Source: an uncultured Nitrososphaerota archaeon | GTDB lineage: Archaea; Thermoproteota; Nitrososphaeria; Nitrososphaerales; Nitrosopumilaceae | DNA: 64,000 nucleotides | NCBI GenBank assembly: GCA_963701075.1 | Contig: OY969559.1 | Location: 576,001-640,000, forward strand | Direction of reading: 5' to 3' | Part shown: positions 21,068 through 31,707 of the stretch, piece after piece | Position numbering within the stretch: position 1 is the first letter of the stretch | Layout of the letters: each line of letters begins with the position of its first letter | Program-made: the position numbers and the translations under genes | The notes under the pieces: model-generated | The model's database searches: none | What the model was told of the DNA's origin: nothing | The model's input: the letters and a program-made list of their open reading frames with translations, nothing else

Positions 21068-22045
21068 TTGGCCAAGGTAAAATTTGCAGTACCAAAAGGT
21101 AGCATTGAAGAATCTACATTTAAGATATTAGAGAAATCCTGGACTAGGGTAGTTCGGAGAGACAGAACCTATCGAATAATGTTGGACGACCCAGAGATTT
21201 CAGTTAAGATGTTACGTCCGCAAGAGATTCCAAACTTGGTAAACGATGGACTGTATGATGTTGGAATAACCGGCAGAGACTGGGTTAACGAAACAAAATC
21301 TGACGTGAAGATTCTTCTTGATTTGGAATATGGAAGAATAAAACTTGTAATTGCAATCCCAGATTCTTACAATTTCAAATCTCTTGATGAAATGATACTT
21401 GCCTATGCAAAGAAGAAGAAAATTCTCAGAATTTCTTCAGAATATCTCACAACTGCCGCTAAATTTATCACACAATGTAAAAACTACAAGAAACTTTACG
21501 GCTCAAAGCAACCTCTGATTGTTACACCTTGGCTAAGATTGGGTTCTAACAAGAATGTGCAGATATTTCTTTCCTTTGGAGCAACAGAGGCAAAACCGCC
21601 AGAGGATGTAGATGCTATAATGGATGTAACCGAGACAGGCACTACACTTACACAGAATCAACTGAAAATAGTAGATACAGTGATGGAATCAACTGCTGTC
21701 TTGATCGCAAACAAGGCATCACTTAAGGACAAGGTTAAGCGAGAAAAGATCTATGACATTGTAACCATGTTACATGGTGCAGTTGAGGGTAAGAAGCACT
21801 TACACCTATTCCTAAACGTAAAGGAAGAAAATATGCAAAAATTACTTGATGAACTACCATCTCTTAAACGTCCTACCATAAGTCCACTAAGCGAGAAGGG
21901 CTGGTATGGCATAAACACGGTGATTCCAAAATCGGAATTTCACAAACTAATCCCAAAATTAAGGAAGATAGCCCAAGGCTTAGTTGTACACGAACCAAAG
22001 CAGATTCTTGCACTTGAGGAGATAAAACGTGACGAGGAAAATTGA
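21068..22045 (+). CDS. hisG: ATP phosphoribosyltransferase (long form)
   Basis: PKGS, RPQEIP, DVGITGRD, GATE, ETGTTL. Confidence 0.95.
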   Translation: MAKVKFAVPKGSIEESTFKILEKSWTRVVRRDRTYRIMLDDPEISVKMLRPQEIPNLVNDGLYDVGITGRDWVNETKSDVKILLDLEYGRIKLVIAIPDSYNFKSLDEMILAYAKKKKILRISSEYLTTAAKFITQCKNYKKLYGSKQPLIVTPWLRLGSNKNVQIFLSFGATEAKPPEDVDAIMDVTETGTTLTQNQLKIVDTVMESTAVLIANKASLKDKVKREKIYDIVTMLHGAVEGKKHLHLFLNVKEENMQKLLDELPSLKRPTISPLSEKGWYGINTVIPKSEFHKLIPKLRKIAQGLVVHEPKQILALEEIKRDEEN

Positions 22046-23313
22046 TGAGAATCATAACTATTCAAAACATAGATCCTATCCTAGAATCTCTGAGGCCTCA
22101 GCCTAATAGAGAGCTAAAGAAGAAAGTAATCTCTATCATTTCAGATGTACAAAGACGAAAGGATACGGCGTTACGAGACTATGAGAGAAAATTTAACAAG
22201 GTAAACCTGAAATCATTTCGAGTAACTCAAACTGAGATAAAAACTGCTTACAAACAGGTCTCAAGAGATCAAATTGAAGCAATAAAACTCGCAAAGAAGA
22301 GACTTGAAAGATCTGAGTCTGTAATAAAGAAACAACTGCAAAATGTCTCAATCTTAGCTGACGGAATAAAGATAAACAAAATTTTTTCTCCTTTGGATAG
22401 CATAGCATGCTATATTCCAGGTGGCAAGGCGCGCTACCCGAGCACTGTGATCATGTCCGTCATACCTGCCAAAGTAGCAGGAGTGAAAAAAATAATAGCA
22501 GTATCTCCAGCAGATCAAAAAGGCAAGATTGATCCTCTTACACTTGTAGCAGCTGATATCTGTGGTGTGAATGAGTTTTACAAAATAAGTGGCGCTCAGG
22601 CAATAGCAGCACTTGCATACGGTACACAATCAATCCCAAAAGTAGACAAGATAGTTGGTCCTGGAGGAATGTTTGTGACACTAGCAAAATCTCTTCTTAA
22701 TGATATTGTTTCAATAGATATGATTGCAGGCCCCACAGAACTCGCAATTATTGCTGATTTATCAGCAGATCCTAATTATGTTGCAGTTGACCTGATCTCA
22801 CAAGCAGAGCACAGTGTTGACACAATGTGTTGTCTGATAACAAACTCTAGATCGCTAAAGGATCAAGTAATAAAATCACTTAAACAAAGAATTAATTTCA
22901 TATCAAGATCTAGTATAGTCAAAGAGAGTCTTCAAAATAATGGATTTATTGCTATCTGTAAAACGGAGGCTCAAATGATAGACCTTGCAAACAAACTTGC
23001 TCCAGAACACTTGGAGATTATAACTCGGGACTCGCAGAAGATGGCTAAAAAAATAACTTCTGCAGGTCTTGTACTTGTGGGGTGCAACACTCCCTCTTCT
23101 GCAAGTGATTATCTCTTGGGTTCGAACCATATTCTGCCCACTAATGGGTTTGGAAAGACAAGAGGCTCTCTTGGAGTATTAGATTACTTGAAGCTACAGA
23201 CTAGAATTGAGTCGTCCAAGATATCGCTTGAGAAGATCTCAAAATATATGAAGGCCTTTACTGATGCAGAAGGACTTCCAAATCACTATGAGGCAGTAAG
23301 GAGTAGATTATGA
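22042..23313 (+). CDS. hisD: Histidinol dehydrogenase
   Basis: YIPGG, GAQAIAALAYGT, AGPTE, SQAEH, APEH, NHILPT. Confidence 0.97.
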   Translation: MMRIITIQNIDPILESLRPQPNRELKKKVISIISDVQRRKDTALRDYERKFNKVNLKSFRVTQTEIKTAYKQVSRDQIEAIKLAKKRLERSESVIKKQLQNVSILADGIKINKIFSPLDSIACYIPGGKARYPSTVIMSVIPAKVAGVKKIIAVSPADQKGKIDPLTLVAADICGVNEFYKISGAQAIAALAYGTQSIPKVDKIVGPGGMFVTLAKSLLNDIVSIDMIAGPTELAIIADLSADPNYVAVDLISQAEHSVDTMCCLITNSRSLKDQVIKSLKQRINFISRSSIVKESLQNNGFIAICKTEAQMIDLANKLAPEHLEIITRDSQKMAKKITSAGLVLVGCNTPSSASDYLLGSNHILPTNGFGKTRGSLGVLDYLKLQTRIESSKISLEKISKYMKAFTDAEGLPNHYEAVRSRL

Positions 23314-24380
23314 GAAAAAGTTGGTATGAAAAAAAGATAGAAAATCTATCCAAGCTTAGCGGATACAAAAAACCAATCAAATATTCAAATGCAATCAAGC
23401 TTGACTCTAATGAAAATTATGCAGTTGACTCTTCCTTCTTTCAAGATCTGATGAACCAAATCCGAGAAAAAATGGATGTACGAGAATACCCACTCGGAGG
23501 AACAGATAGGCTGATTGTAGCACTCTCAAACTACATAAAAATGCCAAAGGAAATGATAGGTGTTGGCAACGGTTCAGACCAAATAATTGACCTAATTCTT
23601 GGAAATCTGGCCTCAAAGGAAACCAGGATTTTGACATCTGACCCAACTTTTGGCTTTTTTGAAGAAAGATGTAAACTGTATGCTATTCCAACAACTAAGA
23701 TTCAATTTAATGAAGAAATGAATCTGCGCCTTGAAGATTTTATTACCAACTCCAAAAAGGCTGATATTTTGTATCTAGACTCCCCAAATAACCCAACTGG
23801 ATTTCAGTTTCAAAGAAAACAACTTGAAAAATTGATCCAGTCATTTAACGGACTTGTAATCATAGACGAGGCATATGTCGAATTTGCAGGCTATTCTATT
23901 GCTAACATGACAAAAAAGATGAATAATCTAATTGTACTGAGAACACTCTCAAAATCATTTGGGCTTGCAGGACTACGAATTGGTTATTTTGTAGCTAACA
24001 AAAAAACTATAGATGCATTTTCTCGAGTTATTCAGTATCCATATCCGCTTAACACTATTGCAATAGAAGCAGGAATTCTGGCCTTGAAACACTCAAAATA
24101 TTTTGTAGATGTGGCAGATTTTGTGAAAAAGGAACGTACTCGCATAATTGAGAAGCTTCGAGAGATGAAGGTTTTCAAGGTATTTGACTCTGAGGCAAAT
24201 TTTGTTTTATTTGCAGCAGATGGCGCAAGCCAGCGGATTCACAAGGCACTCATAGAGCAAGGTATAGTGATAAAGAATTTGGGGAAAGTAGGCAAACATG
24301 ATGGATGCCTCAGAGTTACTGTTGGTACTCAAGAAATGAATTCAAGATTTCTTACCGCAATACGTGATTTGCTGAATTGA
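23310..24380 (+). CDS. hisC: Histidinol-phosphate aminotransferase
   Basis: LDSNEN, GNGSD, PNNPTG, DEAY, RTLSKSFGLAGLRIGY. Confidence 0.95.
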   Translation: MRKSWYEKKIENLSKLSGYKKPIKYSNAIKLDSNENYAVDSSFFQDLMNQIREKMDVREYPLGGTDRLIVALSNYIKMPKEMIGVGNGSDQIIDLILGNLASKETRILTSDPTFGFFEERCKLYAIPTTKIQFNEEMNLRLEDFITNSKKADILYLDSPNNPTGFQFQRKQLEKLIQSFNGLVIIDEAYVEFAGYSIANMTKKMNNLIVLRTLSKSFGLAGLRIGYFVANKKTIDAFSRVIQYPYPLNTIAIEAGILALKHSKYFVDVADFVKKERTRIIEKLREMKVFKVFDSEANFVLFAADGASQRIHKALIEQGIVIKNLGKVGKHDGCLRVTVGTQEMNSRFLTAIRDLLN

Positions 24381-25363
24381 CCCTAAAAAAAATAGATAAT
24401 GGCATCTATGTAGATGCGCAAAAAACAGACAAGATCAAAAATTTAGATGCGGTAATATTTGACTGTGATGGAGTACTAATTGACGTTTCAAATTCATATG
24501 ATCTTGCAATAAAAAAAACAGTAGATTTTGTAGCAAATAAAATTGCCTTAATAAATAAATCGTCGTTAGTTACAACAGAAATGATAGACAGTTTCAAAAA
24601 AACAGGCGGTTTTAATGACGAAGTTAATGTAACATACGTTATGATACTTGCAGCTGTGGCATCGGAGAAAACCGGTAAGAATTTCTCTGATCTTGTCTTT
24701 GAGGCTGCAAAAAATGCTGACCAAACAGGAATAAAATCAGTTGAGAGATATCTTGATTCAATAAAAATAGACTTGACTGATATCAAAACAAAACTTGTTT
24801 ATCCTGCAAAAAGATTTGAAAGTCCACTTTCATCTATTTTTGATGAAATCTTTTATGGAACAGATCTATACATTCAGCTTTACAAAAGATCTCCAAAGTT
24901 TTTCAATGGAAAGGGTCTAATTGAAAATGATATTGTACTTGTAACAAAGAATCTCTTAGATGAACTACGTCAAAGATTTGGCAAAAAAATTTCCATCATT
25001 ACAGGTAGAGGAGTGATCTCAGCAAGACATTCTCTTGAGAAACTGTTTGACGAATTTGACTTGAAGAATTCAAAATTCCTTGAGGATGAACCACGTGAGA
25101 TGGCAAAGCCCAACCCTCAATCTCTCATATCGTCAATTAAGGGAATGGGCGCTTCTTGTTCCATATTTGTTGGTGATTCTATGGAGGACTTTATCATGGC
25201 ACACAAGGCAACTGAGTCTGGAAATGCAACTTTATTTTGTGGTATATATGGTACCAGCAAAGACCACGAAGCCAAGAGGAACTTCTTTGAACAAAAAGGT
25301 GCAGATATGATACTGGAATCAATCCATCTGCTTCCGAAGGCATTAAATCTAGTTAGGGCATAA
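24377..25363 (+). CDS. HAD-family phosphatase (candidate histidinol-phosphate phosphatase)
   Basis: FDCDGVL, TGR, KPNP, VGDSMED; lies between hisC and hisB. Confidence 0.75.
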   Translation: MTLKKIDNGIYVDAQKTDKIKNLDAVIFDCDGVLIDVSNSYDLAIKKTVDFVANKIALINKSSLVTTEMIDSFKKTGGFNDEVNVTYVMILAAVASEKTGKNFSDLVFEAAKNADQTGIKSVERYLDSIKIDLTDIKTKLVYPAKRFESPLSSIFDEIFYGTDLYIQLYKRSPKFFNGKGLIENDIVLVTKNLLDELRQRFGKKISIITGRGVISARHSLEKLFDEFDLKNSKFLEDEPREMAKPNPQSLISSIKGMGASCSIFVGDSMEDFIMAHKATESGNATLFCGIYGTSKDHEAKRNFFEQKGADMILESIHLLPKALNLVRA

Positions 25364-25387
25364 GCCACTTCTCTACAGGGGGATTTC

Positions 25388-25975
25388 ATGAAATCTAGGA
25401 TAAACAATATTGTTAGAAAGACCAAGGAGACCGAGGTATCAATATCAATTAACTTGGATGGTACTGGTAAGATTTCTGTAAAGACAGGTTTGCCATTTCT
25501 TGATCATCTAGTCATCTCATTTGCAAAACATGCTACATTTGATCTCAAACTCAATGCAGTTTCAAAAGATGGAATAGACCACCACCTAGTTGAAGATACT
25601 GCAATTGCTCTAGGTAATGTTATAGACGAATCACTTGGAAATAGGTCAGGAATCACGCGATTCGGACATGCATCAATACCCATGGATGAAGCTCTTGCAG
25701 AGGCTTCACTTGATCTTGTGAAAAGACAGTATCATAAAATTGAATTATCTATAATTCGAAATCAAATTGAGGGAATTTCAAAAGAAGACCTTGAACACTT
25801 TTTCAGATCTCTAGCCCAGAGCTTGAACATATGCATGCATGTATCAGTTAAATATGGTGAAAATGATCACCACAAAATTGAGGCCGCTATCAAAGCACTA
25901 GCGGTAGCATTGAGAAACGCAGCAAGTCAAGACAAAAAGCAAAAGGGAATACCTAGCACAAAAGGTGCCATGTAA
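25388..25975 (+). CDS. hisB: Imidazoleglycerol-phosphate dehydratase
   Basis: [29 protein letters not shown]. Confidence 0.97.
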   Translation: MKSRINNIVRKTKETEVSISINLDGTGKISVKTGLPFLDHLVISFAKHATFDLKLNAVSKDGIDHHLVEDTAIALGNVIDESLGNRSGITRFGHASIPMDEALAEASLDLVKRQYHKIELSIIRNQIEGISKEDLEHFFRSLAQSLNICMHVSVKYGENDHHKIEAAIKALAVALRNAASQDKKQKGIPSTKGAM

Positions 25976-26580
25976 TGGTAAAAGTAGCAATCTTTGATTA
26001 TGGTGCAGGTAATATATTCAGCCTAAAATTGTCTCTTGAAAAAAATGATGCTCAAGTGGATGTCATAACAAATCTGGATAAAATTAATGGATATTCTGGT
26101 CTTTTGTTACCAGGTGTGGGAAACTTTGATCCTGCAATCAAAAGCCTTAACACATCCAAAGTTGCCTTTCAGGATCTTACCAAGAACAAAATTCCAGTTC
26201 TTGGAATATGTCTTGGAATGGAAATGTTCTTTGAGAAGAGTGAGGAAGGTAAACTCCATGGATTAGGAGTTCTTGAAGGAGAGGTTGTCATACTTCCAAA
26301 CAAGTTCAAAATTCCTCATATGGGATGGAATGACTTGCAGGTAAAGAAACCAAGTATACTTTTAGAAGGAGTAAAGGAAGGTTCTTGGGTTTACTTTGTT
26401 CACTCATACAGAGTCAAACCAAAAAATGAAGATATCATAAAGGCTGATTCTGACTATGGAATCAATGTACCTGCAGTTATAGAGAGCGAGAATCTCTTTG
26501 GGACTCAGTTTCATCCAGAAAAATCTGGAAAAATCGGTGCTCAAATGATTAAAAACTTTTTGCGGACGTGCAAAAAGTGA
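25975..26580 (+). CDS. hisH: IGP synthase glutaminase subunit
   Basis: DYGAGN, LPGVG, GICLG, PHMGWN, FVHSY, QFHPEKS. Confidence 0.97.
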   Translation: MVKVAIFDYGAGNIFSLKLSLEKNDAQVDVITNLDKINGYSGLLLPGVGNFDPAIKSLNTSKVAFQDLTKNKIPVLGICLGMEMFFEKSEEGKLHGLGVLEGEVVILPNKFKIPHMGWNDLQVKKPSILLEGVKEGSWVYFVHSYRVKPKNEDIIKADSDYGINVPAVIESENLFGTQFHPEKSGKIGAQMIKNFLRTCKK

Positions 26581-27284
26581 AAGTCATACCAGCAATTGAC
26601 ATTATGGAAAATAAGGTAGTTCGCTTGGTAAAAGGCGATCCAAAAAATAAAACCGTCTATAACAACAATCCCATAGAAACTGCCAAGCTGTGGGAAGCCG
26701 CGGGAGCAGATATGCTGCACGTTGTAGATCTTGATGCAACTTTGGGACTTGGTTCTAATTTGAAAACAATAAAGAGAGTTGTAGGTGAAGTTTCAATACC
26801 TGTAGAAGTTGCAGGAGGCTTGCGCACGGAAGAGACAATAGAAAGTGTGTTAGATTTTGCGCCAAAAGTAGTGCTTGGAACAGTTGCATTCAAAAATAGA
26901 GATGTGTTACAGAGAATATCAAAAAAGTTTGGGAGAGATAGAATAGTGATATCAGCTGACCAATTAAATGGAAAAATAGTAGTAAGTGGCTGGAAGGAAA
27001 ACACTGGAGTAGATCTCATACCAGGAATTGAAGAATTTGTAAACCTAGGTTTTTCAGAATTTCTCATTACAAGCGTTGATAGAGATGGCACCCTCAAAGG
27101 TCCAGACCTTGATTCTCTAAGAAAGGCATGCAATATAGAAGGAACCCAAGTAATAGCAAGCGGAGGAATTTCCAATCTGAAAGATACCGTAGAAGTAAAG
27201 AAAGCTGGTGCTACAGGTGTTATACTTGGTAAGGCATTATATGATGAAAAAATCACGATTGAAGAGGTTAAAGCAATAGCATGA
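26568..27284 (+). CDS. hisA: ProFAR isomerase
   Basis: IPAID, HVVDLD, GGLR, DGTLKG, ASGG, GKALY. Confidence 0.96.
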   Translation: MQKVKVIPAIDIMENKVVRLVKGDPKNKTVYNNNPIETAKLWEAAGADMLHVVDLDATLGLGSNLKTIKRVVGEVSIPVEVAGGLRTEETIESVLDFAPKVVLGTVAFKNRDVLQRISKKFGRDRIVISADQLNGKIVVSGWKENTGVDLIPGIEEFVNLGFSEFLITSVDRDGTLKGPDLDSLRKACNIEGTQVIASGGISNLKDTVEVKKAGATGVILGKALYDEKITIEEVKAIA

Positions 27285-28096
27285 CTCTGACTAAGCGAGT
27301 CATACCTTGTTTGGATGTAGATAACGGTAGAGTTGTCAAGGGTATGCACTTTAAATCAATAAAGGATGCAGGAGATCCGGTTCTACTAGCAGAAAAGTAT
27401 AGCAACGAAGGAGCAGATGAGCTAGTGTTTCTTGATATCACCGCTTCAGAACAACAACGAGAAACCATCAAAAGTCTTGTTAAGAAGGTAGCACAGGTAA
27501 TAGATATCCCATTCACAGTGGGAGGCGGAGTAAAGACACTTCAAGATGCAAGGGATATTCTTCTTAGTGGTGCTGACAAGGTTGCAATTAACACAGGTGC
27601 TGTAAAGAATCCAGATATAATCACTAAACTAATGGAGATTTTTGGAAAACAATGTGTCGTTGTTGCAATGGATGTAAAACATAACTATGGTATCAAAGAG
27701 GGCAAGAACATCTTTACTTCAGATTCTAAAAAATTCTGGTTTGAAGTCTACATTTATGGAGGCAAAACTCCTACAGGTCTTGATGCAATAGAGTGGGCAA
27801 AAGAGGTGGAAAGGCGTGGTGCTGGAGAGATACTGTTGACCAGTATAGACATGGATGGCACAAAGGAAGGATATGATATTCAGCTCACCAAAGAGATAGT
27901 TAATGCAGTAAATATCCCTGTTATTGCTTCTGGCGGTGCAGGAAAACCAAAACACATGCTTGATGTGTTCCTACAAACTAACGTAGACGCTGCTCTTGCA
28001 GCTTCAATATTTCACTACAAAACACATTCTGTAGACAGGGTAAAAGAATACCTTAAAGAAAATGGTGTTCCTGTAAGAATAGGAGAAATGAGGTGA
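27281..28096 (+). CDS. hisF: IGP synthase cyclase subunit
   Basis: [35 protein letters not shown]. Confidence 0.97.
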   Translation: MTLTKRVIPCLDVDNGRVVKGMHFKSIKDAGDPVLLAEKYSNEGADELVFLDITASEQQRETIKSLVKKVAQVIDIPFTVGGGVKTLQDARDILLSGADKVAINTGAVKNPDIITKLMEIFGKQCVVVAMDVKHNYGIKEGKNIFTSDSKKFWFEVYIYGGKTPTGLDAIEWAKEVERRGAGEILLTSIDMDGTKEGYDIQLTKEIVNAVNIPVIASGGAGKPKHMLDVFLQTNVDAALAASIFHYKTHSVDRVKEYLKENGVPVRIGEMR

Positions 28097-28106
28097 GTAA
28101 ATAGCC

Positions 28107-28436
28107 ATGAAAATGAAAATCTCAAACATTGACTTTGCAAAAGGAGATGGACTCATTCCTGTTATAGTTCAAGACGTTAACACAAAAGAAGTTTTGACCT
28201 TGGCTTATACAAACAAAGAATCTCTTGAGTTAACTCAAAAGACTGGAAATTCTTGGTTTTGGAGCAGATCTAGAAATAAACTATGGATGAAAGGGGAAGA
28301 ATCTGGGAATGTACAAAAAGTAAAAGAAATTTTGGTTGATTGTGATTCTGATGCGATAATATATCTAGTCGAGCCATCAGGCCCCGCCTGCCATACGGGA
28401 GATAGAGTCTGTTTTCATAATCAATTAGAAAAATAA
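28107..28436 (+). CDS. hisI: Phosphoribosyl-AMP cyclohydrolase
   Basis: WSRSR, KGEESG, DCDSD, ACHTG..CF. Confidence 0.96.
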   Translation: MKMKISNIDFAKGDGLIPVIVQDVNTKEVLTLAYTNKESLELTQKTGNSWFWSRSRNKLWMKGEESGNVQKVKEILVDCDSDAIIYLVEPSGPACHTGDRVCFHNQLEK

Positions 28437-28437
28437 T

Positions 28438-28929
28438 CTAAGGACAAGGGGGTGGTATAGATTTTATTTCTGATTGTCCACTCGGTACCCACTCGTTTAT
28501 AATTTTGAAATGTATTGGATCATAAGAGGTTCCTGGGAAAGCTATCGTCCAATTTCCAACCAAATCTTGCGGTGTACATATTTTTGCTAGCCTTTCTGTA
28601 TTTGGCTTGAAAAAGTAATTAAAATCGGATTTCAGTGTACCATTAAATGGAGTCTTTGTATAAATTGCACCTTCAGGATCATATACCGTAATATTACCTG
28701 CATCAGTTGGCTTCAAACCAATAACTACCATGAAAACATTGTCATCAATTCTGTATGTTCCATTGGTAATTGCAAATGGTCCTGAAGTGATCCACTGTGC
28801 AGTATTGTCCTCCCCAGAAGTTTTTTGATGGTTGTAGAAATAGATGGCTGATGCTGAAATAGCTATTATTACTATTACTGCAATTATGGCACTAGACGCA
28901 CTCTTTTTTCTACTCTTAGGTTTTTTCAA
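28438..28929 (-). CDS. Hypothetical membrane-anchored/exported protein
   Basis: Basic N-terminus followed by one TM helix; 163 aa. Confidence 0.7.
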   Translation of the reverse strand: MKKPKSRKKSASSAIIAVIVIIAISASAIYFYNHQKTSGEDNTAQWITSGPFAITNGTYRIDDNVFMVVIGLKPTDAGNITVYDPEGAIYTKTPFNGTLKSDFNYFFKPNTERLAKICTPQDLVGNWTIAFPGTSYDPIHFKIINEWVPSGQSEIKSIPPPCP

Positions 28930-29163
28930 TTTTCGTTTAACATTTCTTTGATATAGTTAATATTTCTTCTAATTGTAAAAAATTCATAAAATATCTAATT
29001 TACAATAATTTTTAATATTCCAAATCAAGTTTAGACTCGCCTTTTTTATATTAAATCGTGAATTCATGTTAATTTTCACTGAATTCTACAGTCGTTAAAA
29101 TTAAGTATTGCTTAAATTAATATTAGGATTTTTTATGTACCATTTTATAAAGTCATAATTGTC

Positions 29164-30382
29164 TTGGCAAAGATAAAATCGCTGCAATGTAGAGAATGTA
29201 AGAAAGAGTATACTCCTACATTTAGGTACATCTGCGAAGAATGCTTTGGCCCTCTTGACGTGTGTTATGATTTTCCTAAAGTGAACAAGAATACATTTGC
29301 AAATCGTGAACATACTTACTGGCGCTACCATGAGTCTGTTGCCAATTGAATCAAAATCAAACATTGTAAGTATTGGTGCAGGACTCACTCCTCTCATTAA
29401 AGCAGACAAACTAGGTGAGCAGCTTGGTCTTAATAATTTGTATATAAAAAATGATTCTGTAAATCCTACTTTTTCATTCAAAGATAGACCAGCAGGTGTT
29501 GCAGTTTCAAAAGCAAAAGAATTTGGTCTTTCTGCAGTAGGGTGTGCATCAACTGGAAATCTCGCCTCAGCTACTGCAGCTCATGCTGCAAAGGGTGGTT
29601 TTCCATGTTATATTTTTGCACCAAGTGACATAGAGCATGCAAAAATCACACAAGCTCTTTCCTATGGGGCAAATTTCATTGCAGTTGATGGTACATACGA
29701 TGACGCAAATAGAATTGCAGCACAGATAGGAGATAGTAAGGGAATAGGAATAGTAAACATTAACATGCGCTCATACTATGTTGAAGGATCAAAAACTCTA
29801 GCCTTCGAAGTTGCAGAACAACTTGATTGGCAAGTGCCTGATCAACTCATAGTACCTGTGGGGAGTGGTGCCATGTTAAATGCCATCTGTAAGGGATTTG
29901 AGGAACTTGAAGGATTATCCCTCGTAAACAAAGTATCTAACATGCATATGATTGCAGCACAGCCGCACGGTTGTGCCCCAGTGGTAGATGCCTTTAAGAA
30001 AAATAAAACTGAGATTATACCAGTAGAGCATCCAGATACAATTGCAAAGAGCCTTGCCATTGGAGATCCAGGAGATGGCCAATATGTACTCAAACGATTA
30101 AAACAGTACAATGGATACGCTGAAGAATCATCAAACAGAGAGATTCTGGATGCTATTCTATTACTTGCAAGAACCGAAGGAATCTTTACAGAGCCTGCTG
30201 GAGGTGTGGCAGTTGCGGTTCTCAAAAAGATGATAGAAGCAGGAAAAATTGACAAGAATGACTCCGTTATATGCTATGTAACAGGAAATGGTTTGAAGAC
30301 TACTGAGGTAATGATGGAAGTACTTTCAAAGCCTCAAACCATGCAAGCTGACATATCTAAGATTGCTGCACTGGTGAGATAA
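29164..30382 (+). CDS. thrC: Threonine synthase-family PLP enzyme (split by +1 indel at 29335)
   Basis: N-terminal zinc ribbon, NPTFSFKDR, ASTGN, EGSKT, VTGNGLK; removing T from AGTCT restores YWRYHELLP. Confidence 0.85.
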
Positions 30383-30383
30383 T

Positions 30384-31701
30384 GTGGCCAGTATAAAATT
30401 CACCATACCATCAGTACTAAACAAAGGTGGAGGGGAAAAAAAAGTCGATATCTTGGCTGCTACACTAAATGAGGCATTCGCCAAGGTCTCAGAACAGTTT
30501 GGAGATGAATTCAAACGAAGGGTTCTAAATCCTGATGGCACTCCTCGTTCTCTAATCAACATATACGTAAATGGCAAAAATATGAGGTTTTCAGGAGGGA
30601 TGGAAACTACGCTAAAGGATGGTGACGAGATCTACATACTTCCAGCAGTAGCTGGTGGTTCTGAACTATCTAGTAAGGAACTTGAACGATATTCTAGACA
30701 AGTTATGCTTGAAGAGATAGGCTATGAGGGACAACTAAAGATTAGGAATGCAAAAGCATGTGTTGTAGGAGTAGGTGGTCTTGGTAATCCCATAGTGAGT
30801 AGGCTGGTAGCCATGGGCATTGGTACGATAAGAATTGTAGATAGGGATGTTGTAGAGTCTATCAAATCTACACAGGCAGACCATGTTTGATGAATCAGAC
30901 ATAGGGCAAGTAAAAGTGGAAGCTGCAGCAAGGAAGTTAAAAAAAATGAATTCTGATGTAGTAATTGAATCTCTACCTGTATCTGTAAACGATTACACTG
31001 CTTTAGATGTTGTAGAAGGATGTGATGTAGTAATAGATGCCCTTGATAGTGTAAATGCAAGATATTCACTCAACAAGGCATGTGTGAAAAAAAATATCCC
31101 ATTTGTGACAGGAGCGGCTGTAGGTGTTTCAGGACAAGTATTTACAATTATACCAAATCAAACCGCTTGCTATCATTGTGTCTTTCCGTCACTTGATGAA
31201 AATTCCATGCCAACATGTAGTACTGAGGGAGTACATCCATCAATTCTTTCCATAGTAGGAGGAATTGAGGTTGCCGAAGCTGTTAAAATACTGATTGGGA
31301 AATCTCCAACTTTGGCAAATAAGCTCCTCTACATAGATTTAGACAATCTGGATTTCAGTACAGCGGAATTCAAGAAAGTTGATGAATGTTCTGTCTGTGG
31401 AAAAGGAGAAAAAGAAGAATTACCAAAACAAGAACTAATAATTGAGGAACTTTGTGGCCGCAGCAGAGGTAAGAGAACTTTTTCAATAACTCCCACGACA
31501 ATGTTCGAGATTGACGTATCAAAAATTACAAATGCAGCATCAACAAAAGGATTCAAGATACAAAATCAAGGAGAACTTGGTCTTTCAATATCCACAAATG
31601 ACATCTTTGTAAGCTTCCTAAAGCGAGGTTCTGCAGTTATTGTGGGAGAAAAAGATGAAGATTCAGCAATTGCATTGTATAAAACACTGGTAAACGCTTA
31701 G
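30384..31701 (+). CDS. MoaD/ThiS ubiquitin-like domain fused to MoeB/ThiF E1-like enzyme (split by +1 indel at 30858)
   Basis: Ubl ending PAVAGG at 30659, then RYSRQ, GVGGLG, restored VELSNLHRQ, CYHC, catalytic-region PTC, CSVCG. Confidence 0.88.
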
Positions 31702-31707
31702 AAATAT

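Noticed and set aside
26657-27349. 230-aa antisense ORF over hisA, and similar antisense ORFs (35171-35758, 13215-13607)
   Set aside because: They mirror well-supported genes on the opposite strand and have no motifs
28930-29163. AT-rich intergenic region as a replication origin or riboswitch
   Set aside because: No repeated ORB-like elements, no cdc6 nearby, no stable structure; consistent with a divergent promoter region
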